Shown here: positions 47,956 through 54,721 of the stretch, piece after piece
Layout: every line of letters begins with the position of its first letter
Position numbering within the stretch: position 1 is the stretch's first letter
Program-made: the position numbers and the translations under genes
Notes under the pieces: generated by a model
The model's input: the letters and a program-made list of their open reading frames with translations, nothing else
Database searches by the model: none
What the model was told of the DNA's origin: nothing
Virus record (IMG/VR): IMGVR_UViG_3300032247_000689
Span: 1-64,000 of that record
Source of the DNA: a virus
Taxonomy: Duplodnaviria > Caudoviricetes
Length of the DNA: 64,000 bases
Direction: 5' to 3' (one strand)

Positions 47956-48903
47956 TTATAGTGCCATTACGGCTTCTAGAACCCGCGCCTTTTCTTGCTG
48001 GATTCCAGTCTCGAATCCACTAGCGGCAACTGCCATGCCCTCTGTCATAGGGTTATCGCCATTGCGGTACCAGTCGATTCTTTCGGTGAGCGCGTTAAGC
48101 GCGCCCCACTTAGTGCCAGTAATATTGGCGTTAGTTGGAGATGAGACATAGAGCCCACGAGTGAGGTCGAATTTTGCTTCCCACTTAGTAAGTTGAGCCT
48201 TCTTATCGTCCTCGGGCTTTGGATAGATAGTCTCGAATACCTTGTCGAATTGCGCGGTTGTGATTGGTGTCTGGTAAAGACCCTGTGCGATTGCATCGAA
48301 TTCATCTAAGTAAGCATGTGTGAGCGCAAGAGCCTCGCGCGCTTCTGTGATTCTGCCCTGTGTGCCTTGAGTGTGGCGAACAGACCATGATTGCTTAGCG
48401 CGCTTGAAGGCTAGGCTTAGCGTATTTTGGCAGATAACGCGAACAGGCGTTACACATGCGCGGATTGAACTAGAGCCGTCATGTGATGATGAAACTAAGA
48501 GATATGTCTTAGTTGTGTCATTTGCGCCAGTTGGGTCGATTGTAAACTCGCGGTCGATTGTGAGCGCACCGAAGATTGTGCGACCCTTGCGGAAGAAACC
48601 TGCGGATTCCCATTGGGCTCCGCCGTCAAGAAGATTGTCGCCGAAAGCGAGTAAATCCTCATTTTGGTATACATCGTATTTTTCGCCTACGATTGCGAGA
48701 GATTCCACGCCGTTAGGGGTATCGCGTAGCACCATATATTCATTAGAGAGAGGCTTGACGCCAGTTGGGTAATTTACAGGCTCCTTGCGGACATTCCAGT
48801 TGGCAAGACCTGCGCGGTTGAGCATTTCGCTCGTTGTGACATGCTCATTAGGGCGGAAAATCTCCCGCGCTAATGTGTGCCACGTTGGTGTGCGTAGTGA
48901 CAT
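47956..48903 (-). CDS. DUF932 / TIGR03299-like phage-plasmid protein
   Basis: WH.L, AGL.W.V, YLL..SHDGS...TPVRVICQNTL, RHT, GT.WGALNA. Confidence 0.85.
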   Translation of the reverse strand: MSLRTPTWHTLAREIFRPNEHVTTSEMLNRAGLANWNVRKEPVNYPTGVKPLSNEYMVLRDTPNGVESLAIVGEKYDVYQNEDLLAFGDNLLDGGAQWESAGFFRKGRTIFGALTIDREFTIDPTGANDTTKTYLLVSSSHDGSSSIRACVTPVRVICQNTLSLAFKRAKQSWSVRHTQGTQGRITEAREALALTHAYLDEFDAIAQGLYQTPITTAQFDKVFETIYPKPEDDKKAQLTKWEAKFDLTRGLYVSSPTNANITGTKWGALNALTERIDWYRNGDNPMTEGMAVAASGFETGIQQEKARVLEAVMAL

Positions 48904-48949
48904 TTTTAACCTTTCGATATTGCTAGCCCTATGGCTAGGCACCCAATAT

Positions 48950-49060
48950 AACCTAATACGCGGTAGTGCTATTCCACTCTCACATAACGATTAGATAACG
49001 ATTCCATAACATTTCGTTATACAGGTATCTCTCAGGAAACTCTCAGGATTCTCCTCTCAG
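48950..49060 (-). promoter_or_regulatory. Cassette promoter: GGAAT-N18-GTT, ATAAC array, TCTCAG boxes
   Basis: Promoter 48950-48975; ATAAC 48984/48995/49006, GTTAT 49016; TCTCAG 49030/49041/49055. Confidence 0.75.
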
Positions 49061-49067
49061 CTGAAAA

Positions 49068-49158
49068 TGTTTGTGTTGGGCTGTATATGAAAAATATGCA
49101 TGGCATATTTTTGCAAAGACCGCTTCGCGACTTTGCCATATACAGCCCAACACAAACA
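49068..49158. repeat. T-shaped three-way-junction palindrome D
   Basis: 22-bp stem, 10-bp arm, second arm with one small internal mismatch. Confidence 0.92.
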
Positions 49159-49160
49159 AG

Positions 49161-49192
49161 TTATCCACAGGCGGGGAAGTGCCTGTGGATAA
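49161..49192. promoter_or_regulatory. Inverted pair of DnaA boxes within a hairpin
   Basis: TTATCCACA (49161) and TGTGGATAA (49184). Confidence 0.6.
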
Positions 49193-49236
49193 GTTAGCCG
49201 CCGCGAAAAAGGTTAGGGAAAACGCGGCGGCTAAGG

Positions 49237-49404
49237 CTAGGTTGTGCTATTCCAGCACTCGTCACAAGTAAAGCCATCTGGATATGCGTCTGGAAGTATT
49301 GGCGTTAGTACAGACCCATCAGGGAGCTTCTTTGCGCACTTCATACAGATTAGTGAGCCTTCCGCGTCCTCAACGCCGATAAGCCTAGTGAACGGAGTAA
49401 TCAC
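49237..49404 (-). CDS. Small zinc-finger protein (55 aa)
   Basis: CMKC...CDEC; coupled to upstream gene. Confidence 0.55.
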   Translation of the reverse strand: MITPFTRLIGVEDAEGSLICMKCAKKLPDGSVLTPILPDAYPDGFTCDECWNSTT

Positions 49405-49589
49405 GCTGGCACCCATGTAGTCCAGCGCGTTTCAAGGTTATCCTGCAAGAGGCGTAACCTTACGCTACCTGTGCGATTGCGTACCTTCTCGACTACAAAG
49501 CCTACTTCTTTAGATTGCTCGGTTTCGTATAGGTCGCCAATCTCGGGCTCGAAATTGAGTGGCAAGATGTGGTCGGTGAGTATTGCCAT
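49401..49589 (-). CDS. Hypothetical protein
   Basis: SD GAAAGGA. Confidence 0.6.
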   Translation of the reverse strand: MAILTDHILPLNFEPEIGDLYETEQSKEVGFVVEKVRNRTGSVRLRLLQDNLETRWTTWVPA

Positions 49590-49742
49590 TTATTTATTCC
49601 TTTCGTAATGGAAGTCACAGATTGTGGCGTCCGCGTCTATTGAGTAGTGACAATTAGTTTTTACTGTGTGGTGAGTGTAATGAAAGTGGGCGAGCCCTGC
49701 AAGGGTGGCTATTGCCACCCCTGCAAGAATTACGCGCTTCAT
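49590..49742 (-). CDS. Small exported/membrane peptide (50 aa)
   Basis: MKRVILAGVAIATLAGLA...; coupled. Confidence 0.55.
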   Translation of the reverse strand: MKRVILAGVAIATLAGLAHFHYTHHTVKTNCHYSIDADATICDFHYERNK

Positions 49743-49897
49743 GGTTTCAATCCAAATTGCTCAACGACAGTCTTAGTACATTCCTCAATTCCCGAAATCT
49801 TGCCTTCTGTGTAGGCAATCTCGATAATGTGCGCCACTAGATTAGTGGTAGTGGTATCTAGGCTCGCTTCTGCGAGTAGGGCTAGGGCTTGCTTCAT
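49739..49897 (-). CDS. Small hypothetical protein (52 aa), first gene of leftward region
   Basis: SD GAAAGG downstream of cassette promoter. Confidence 0.6.
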   Translation of the reverse strand: MKQALALLAEASLDTTTTNLVAHIIEIAYTEGKISGIEECTKTVVEQFGLKP

Positions 49898-49943
49898 GTT
49901 CGTAACCTTTCGTTATGAAGGCGTTGTTGCCTTCAACTACTAT

Positions 49944-50062
49944 AACCGAGAGCGCGCTAGTGCTATTCCCACTATATATAACGAAATGATAACGATTAGA
50001 TAACAATATGTTATACAGCCTGCTCTCAGGTACCCCCCAGGGTTAACTCAGACAATTCTCAG
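49944..50062 (-). promoter_or_regulatory. Cassette promoter: GGAAT-N18-GTT, ATAAC array, four TCTCAG-like repeats
   Basis: Promoter 49944-49969; ATAAC 49978/49989/50000, GTTAT 50010; TCTCAG/CCCCAG/ACTCAG/TCTCAG at 50024/50035/50046/50057. Confidence 0.75.
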
Positions 50063-50123
50063 GAACGGGGCCAGGAAACATCCGCACCTATTACATAGTT
50101 CTATAGGCAGTAGCCCTTTTTGC

Positions 50124-50152
50124 TTGACATGGTGAGGCAGTAGCGCTATGGT
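50124..50152 (+). promoter_or_regulatory. SigA promoter (leaderless)
   Basis: TTGACA-N17-TATGGT-N6-ATG. Confidence 0.75.
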
Positions 50153-50158
50153 GCGGTA

Positions 50159-50332
50159 ATGGATGTGGATGATGCGCTTGCTCTGATTGAGAAGCAATTT
50201 GGTAATAGAAAACCACGAGAAGAGTTCTTGCAGAATTTGGTGGAGCGGGGTAAGCTATGTGCTACCTGCCGTAAAATTCAATGCGATTGCGATTGTGACT
50301 GTAAGAGTTGCTGGGGGAAGATATGCATCTAA
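50159..50332 (+). CDS. Small Cys-rich protein (57 aa, missing from ORF track)
   Basis: CATCRKIQCDCDCDCKSCWGKIC. Confidence 0.6.
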   Translation: MDVDDALALIEKQFGNRKPREEFLQNLVERGKLCATCRKIQCDCDCDCKSCWGKICI

Positions 50333-50474
50333 CAGAGGTATTCACTGCTTATTGTGCTAGGTGTCGCCATGAGGTGAGTACATCGGAGTATGAAGTAACC
50401 GCGACAAATTCAGACAAGAAGAGCGCGCACAGTAGATGCCCCCAGTGCGGAACACCGATTCAGAAAGTAATACA

Positions 50475-50678
50475 ATGACACACGAAGAACTATTAAGAGC
50501 AATTGAGTGGGAAGGCAGAACTAACCTTCACAGAACTCTCCGCGCAGTAGTAGAGCTGCATAGCTCTGAGGGTAGAAAGTCCCATCCAACAGGACCTGTC
50601 ATAGCGCATTTTTGCACCTTCGATAATGAACTCTATCCTTGCAAAACTATCCAAGCCATAGAGAAGGAGTTAGCATGA
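50475..50678 (+). CDS. Hypothetical protein
   Basis: MTHEELL...LRAVVELH...YPC.TIQAIEKEL. Confidence 0.65.
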   Translation: MTHEELLRAIEWEGRTNLHRTLRAVVELHSSEGRKSHPTGPVIAHFCTFDNELYPCKTIQAIEKELA

Positions 50679-50760
50679 TTATTGGTCTACTCGTATATAT
50701 TGTCACCATCAACACTTTAGGTGTACTATTTGGCATCTACGGCTACGGCAGCGCGAAAGG

Positions 50761-51024
50761 ATGGTGGAGATGAGCCTACTACTCATACCTCTACTTATTC
50801 TCGGCGCGGGAATTATCTACCTTACATCCCAAGCAAGCGAAATACAGAGAGAAGAAACCATCGATGACTCTGGAGATGAAGAGCTAGGATGGTACGACTG
50901 GGAAGAGACCTTCTCCTGCGAACTCTGCGATGACATCATCTATGAGGGCGAAGCTCTCGTCTACATCCGCTGTGAAGATGAACACATCCTCTTCTGCGAG
51001 TACTGCCTCAACCCTCTCCTTTAG
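50761..51024 (+). CDS. Membrane-anchored zinc-finger protein
   Basis: N-terminal TM segment; CELC...CEYC. Confidence 0.55.
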   Translation: MVEMSLLLIPLLILGAGIIYLTSQASEIQREETIDDSGDEELGWYDWEETFSCELCDDIIYEGEALVYIRCEDEHILFCEYCLNPLL

Positions 51025-51060
51025 CCTTACACTTTTCCCTAAAAGCGCCATACTTCCTTC

Positions 51061-51297
51061 GTGCGCTTTATTACATGGCTATTCGAACAGATAGGGGATG
51101 CCACCCCCACATCCCGCTTTGCCAAAATCTGCTGGGACGATATCAACAATGGGTGTGCTCATACAAGATTTTCTTTTAAACAGTGGCAAAATCATTTTTT
51201 AGAGAAGCATAGAGATAGCGCTGACGAGCTCCTGAAGATGTTATTCACAGCGTATATTCAGTATCAGAACGAGATGGGTAACCGAGTTGTCTTCTAA
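51061..51297 (+). CDS. Hypothetical protein (YozE-like)
   Basis: MRFITWL..Q......FA...D; leaderless. Confidence 0.5.
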   Translation: MRFITWLFEQIGDATPTSRFAKICWDDINNGCAHTRFSFKQWQNHFLEKHRDSADELLKMLFTAYIQYQNEMGNRVVF

Positions 51298-51321
51298 CCG
51301 CGCCAACGGTAGACTAAGCTC

Positions 51322-51822
51322 ATGAGAGACTTTAAGACCTTCTGGTACGCAGGCGAACACCACTTCCTATTGACTACGGGCGAGACTTTTCTAGGCACTC
51401 CTTCTGGAGTCTGGGCCTCTTATATTCCTCCTAAGGGCGGTAAGAAGGGCACCGTGATGATGCTCTACGCAACAAGAGAGTCTCGCTTCTTTGTTCCTCA
51501 CGTTCTGGGCGCCTTAGCTGTGCATAGCCTTAATACATACGGAGAGTTACCTGAGGGCTCCCATGATGTCTCTTGCCACTCTATCGGCATTCAGCGCCGT
51601 TTAGCAGACCTTCTAGGACAACTACCAGCAAGCGCGGTATTAAATAGAGAGAATTGGTTTAGCAGTATCAGAAATATTAAGTTCTGGTCTAGCCTGCCTA
51701 ACGTTCAAAACACACGTATCCTAGACCTAGAGCTTCTACGTGAAGGTAAAGAGTTCATACTTAATGTATTGAAGAGCCCTCACGCAGTGCAGATGGAGTT
51801 GCCTTTCTATCAGGAGGTCTAG
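51322..51822 (+). CDS. Hypothetical protein, paralog of downstream gene
   Basis: Leaderless TAGACT-N6-ATG; similarity to 51823 ORF. Confidence 0.6.
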   Translation: MRDFKTFWYAGEHHFLLTTGETFLGTPSGVWASYIPPKGGKKGTVMMLYATRESRFFVPHVLGALAVHSLNTYGELPEGSHDVSCHSIGIQRRLADLLGQLPASAVLNRENWFSSIRNIKFWSSLPNVQNTRILDLELLREGKEFILNVLKSPHAVQMELPFYQEV

Positions 51823-52653
51823 GTGCCCCGCAATAACGATGATTTTGTAAAAGGAACATACCTTCACAATACTGGTAATAGCTCTTTTAGTATCCTTCAC
51901 GGCGCTGGGCAGAATGCAATTGGTACTCAATCAGGTGGGGTAATTAAAGTAAACCGAAGCGGAGAGTATAGAGATTATAATCAGCTTGCTGATAGAGCTG
52001 AGCGCATAGGCAACGAACCTCAAAATGATACTCAAGCTTTTCCACCAGTATCTGATAATAATGGGGATTATGTACGCGAAACTGATTCAAAAGGTAATCG
52101 TCAAATTGTTAGACAGGGTGTGTTATTTCAAGATACACGCAAACCCCCTAAAGCAGAATTAATAGCAGTCACTAAGGATATAGACCATATGGTTCCTGCT
52201 TTATTAGAAGCTGCAAATAGAGAATCTAATAAACGTTTTGGACAAAATGTTCAACACTCTGACAATCTTTCTCAATTTAGTCGTCCTTTAGTAAACCGTT
52301 TAATTAGAGCTGGTTTAACGCCAGGTCCTGAAATAGAAGAAAACGGAAATGATTTTGATTGGAACGAAGCTCACTCAATAGTACAAAATGCTGTAGGAGA
52401 AAAAAGATATATAAATCCTTCCGAAATTAATCGGATAGACTCTGATGAGTTTTCGCGTGGCGGACGAGACTTTGTAAGAACGCTGAAGAAAGCGGAAAGA
52501 GAACGAGGAATTACTAAAGGCAAAGCTCAAAAAGTCTCTGATGTAGTTAGCAGCGTTGCAGATAAAGCCGCATCTCGTGTAAGGGCTTTTCAAGAAGCTC
52601 TTCCAGGAATGAAGTTGGGCGCTGGTGAATATCAACCTAGGGATACTAAATAA
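51823..52653 (+). CDS. Hypothetical protein with possible degenerate GNAT-like domain
   Basis: SD AGGAGG; HSDNLSQFSRPLV.RL motif. Confidence 0.55.
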   Translation: MPRNNDDFVKGTYLHNTGNSSFSILHGAGQNAIGTQSGGVIKVNRSGEYRDYNQLADRAERIGNEPQNDTQAFPPVSDNNGDYVRETDSKGNRQIVRQGVLFQDTRKPPKAELIAVTKDIDHMVPALLEAANRESNKRFGQNVQHSDNLSQFSRPLVNRLIRAGLTPGPEIEENGNDFDWNEAHSIVQNAVGEKRYINPSEINRIDSDEFSRGGRDFVRTLKKAERERGITKGKAQKVSDVVSSVADKAASRVRAFQEALPGMKLGAGEYQPRDTK

Positions 52654-52741
52654 TGTCAAATCTAGGTATAGTACGCGCTCGCGTATGTAAGAAGTGTGAG
52701 CACACAACGGATTACGGCATCTGCGTTGTAGATGAGTGTGA

Positions 52742-52996
52742 ATGCGTTTGTTCGGAGTACACAGCATGAAAGACCCAGCACTAGGACGTACACGCGCTGA
52801 GCGCGCTTTAGGAGAGCACTTGGACCCTAAGAAGAAGAGTACACAGATGAAGCCTAAGCGCTCACGTGTCAATGAATTTAGAGTTGTACATGTAGGTCAA
52901 TATGATGGCCCTCGCGCCTCATACGGACGCTACAACGTATCTGAGCAGGCATCAGATATTCTTAACCGTCAAAAGCGTAATCAGGATATGAGGTAA
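52742..52996 (+). CDS. Basic hypothetical protein
   Basis: ORF in late-type gene run; start uncertain. Confidence 0.5.
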   Translation: MRLFGVHSMKDPALGRTRAERALGEHLDPKKKSTQMKPKRSRVNEFRVVHVGQYDGPRASYGRYNVSEQASDILNRQKRNQDMR

Positions 52997-52998
52997 CA

Positions 52999-53265
52999 AT
53001 GGCATTCTTCGCAGCATTACCAGAGATATTTGCCGCAGGCGCCGCAGAGACTGCGGGCGCTGCAGGTGGCGCAGCCGCTGTAGGGGCTGGAGAAGCAGCA
53101 ATGGATGGAGCAGCTCTATCTGAAGGTGGCGCAAGCAAGCTTCAAAACTTTGCTGCAGGCATGAATAGCAACAACAATTCAGATAGTAAGCCTAAGAGCG
53201 TTACTATCTCTGATGTGACCGCACCTGTAACCCCATCTCATAACGTAGGAGAAAACTTTGGCTAA
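52999..53265 (+). CDS. Ala/Gly-rich hypothetical protein
   Basis: SD GAGGT. Confidence 0.6.
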   Translation: MAFFAALPEIFAAGAAETAGAAGGAAAVGAGEAAMDGAALSEGGASKLQNFAAGMNSNNNSDSKPKSVTISDVTAPVTPSHNVGENFG

Positions 53266-53446
53266 GACAATTAAAGTGGCTGGTGAAGGCCATACAATTA
53301 AAAAGAATAAAAAGGGCGACGTTATCGTTGACCATGCTGGTAACAAGGGCAAGTACGACAAGATTAACTTGACCAAGAAAGCTGGCGCTAAGACTGTTAA
53401 GCAAGGTGTTAAAGCAACTAGAGATTGGCATAAGAAAAATGGCTAA
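53258..53446 (+). CDS. Small basic hypothetical protein
   Basis: SD AGGAG; TTG start. Confidence 0.6.
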   Translation: MAKTIKVAGEGHTIKKNKKGDVIVDHAGNKGKYDKINLTKKAGAKTVKQGVKATRDWHKKNG

Positions 53447-53597
53447 GAAAGTATGGGAAACCCCAGACCCAACAGGTAAGGATAAGAAGCTATCACCAGC
53501 TAAAAAAGCTGCAGCAAAAGCACGTGCTAAAGCTGCTGGTCGTCCATACCCTAACCTTGTTGACAACATGAACGCTGCAAAGAAGAAGAAGAAATGA
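53439..53597 (+). CDS. Small basic hypothetical protein
   Basis: AKARAKAAGRPYPNLVDNM. Confidence 0.65.
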   Translation: MAKKVWETPDPTGKDKKLSPAKKAAAKARAKAAGRPYPNLVDNMNAAKKKKK

Positions 53598-54127
53598 TTA
53601 AAAGAGTTACTGTTGGTCTATTTATTGCCCTTTTAACATCCACTACTGCTTTTGCACATGTTGATACAAAAGTTAGCATTAAACCTAACTCTATCTACAC
53701 TCCTGGAGCGCTAAACCCTGCAGTTACTCAAGCTAATATTAAAGATAACATTTGCAAGGCTAACTGGACCACAACAGTTCGTCCACCCGTTTCATATACA
53801 AATAAACTTAAAGCCGCTCAACTAGCTGGTAACTACCAGTTCTTTATCGCTATCTATGGCGCTGACCCTAAGAGCTACGAAGAAGACCACCTCATCTCGC
53901 TACAACTTGGGGGTTCTCCCACAGACCCTAAGAATTTATGGCCTGAACCATATTCTGGAGATAACGCGCATAAGAAGGATGTAGTTGAAACTGCCCTTAA
54001 GCGTTTAATTTGCTCTGGCAAAATCACACTTGCAGATGCTCAAAAAGCTATTGCCACCGATTGGATTGCTGCGTACAACAAGTATGTAAACGCTGCAGAC
54101 CTTAAAGCAGTTGACTCAAATGGCTGA
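53594..54127 (+). CDS. Secreted HNH-like protein
   Basis: Signal peptide; TPGA.NP.VTQ; YEEDHLISLQLGG...NLWPE. Confidence 0.7.
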   Translation: MIKRVTVGLFIALLTSTTAFAHVDTKVSIKPNSIYTPGALNPAVTQANIKDNICKANWTTTVRPPVSYTNKLKAAQLAGNYQFFIAIYGADPKSYEEDHLISLQLGGSPTDPKNLWPEPYSGDNAHKKDVVETALKRLICSGKITLADAQKAIATDWIAAYNKYVNAADLKAVDSNG

Positions 54128-54413
54128 GACTAAAAAGTTTGGTCCCTACAAAGGTTCCGAAGCAAATGGAGGTCGCCCTATCTACGTCTACAAGAAAAAA
54201 GTAGGCGGTAAGTGGGTTACTACTTCTAAAAACAAAGCTCGCGCTGATTACGAGTCTAAGAACGGCAAGATTAAATCTAAAGACGTTACTGTCGACCATA
54301 AAGACAATAATCACAATAACGACTCTAAAGGTAACCTTCGGGCTATCTCTCGCAGTAAAAACACAGCTAAAGAAAACAAGCGCCGTGCAGGTAAAAAGGA
54401 GAATGAGAAATGA
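54120..54413 (+). CDS. HNH endonuclease-like protein
   Basis: VDHKDNNHNNDSKGNL..SRSKN. Confidence 0.75.
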   Translation: MAETKKFGPYKGSEANGGRPIYVYKKKVGGKWVTTSKNKARADYESKNGKIKSKDVTVDHKDNNHNNDSKGNLRAISRSKNTAKENKRRAGKKENEK

Positions 54414-54721
54414 TTTATCGTAAAGGCGAAGGTCAAATGAATGATGAAGGCAAGCACACAGGCCTTATCAACAAGGCTGTAGAGCAAAGAATTGCACGTG
54501 AGTCAGAGCGACGTGATATTGGAACTGCCGCCCAAAATACACGTGATTATGAAAGAGGAATCACAACAGCGCGTTACCTTACAGACCTTGGTCACTCAGC
54601 TGACCTTAATGAATTAAGCCCTAAAGAACTTGGTCCAGTTAGCGGTTCAGAGATGGCAACTTATAAAGCTAAGAAGTCTGCTGCAAGTCGCACTACCGCA
54701 AGGGAAATGAAGCGCCGTTAA
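54410..54721 (+). CDS. Hypothetical protein
   Basis: Coupled ORF. Confidence 0.55.
   Translation: MIYRKGEGQMNDEGKHTGLINKAVEQRIARESERRDIGTAAQNTRDYERGITTARYLTDLGHSADLNELSPKELGPVSGSEMATYKAKKSAASRTTAREMKRR

Noticed and set aside
46747-49158. T-elements as MITEs or CRISPR repeats
   Set aside because: No target-site duplications and no transposase in the window; spacing is about 1 kb with whole genes between, not spacers.
49071-49271. 66-aa plus-strand ORF over element D
   Set aside because: Runs through palindromes and hairpins in a leftward region; no SD.
52375-52872. 165-aa minus-strand ORF and similar antisense ORFs (e.g. 21279-21725, 37636-38028, 48371-48772)
   Set aside because: They overlap well-supported genes on the other strand and lack motifs or SD.
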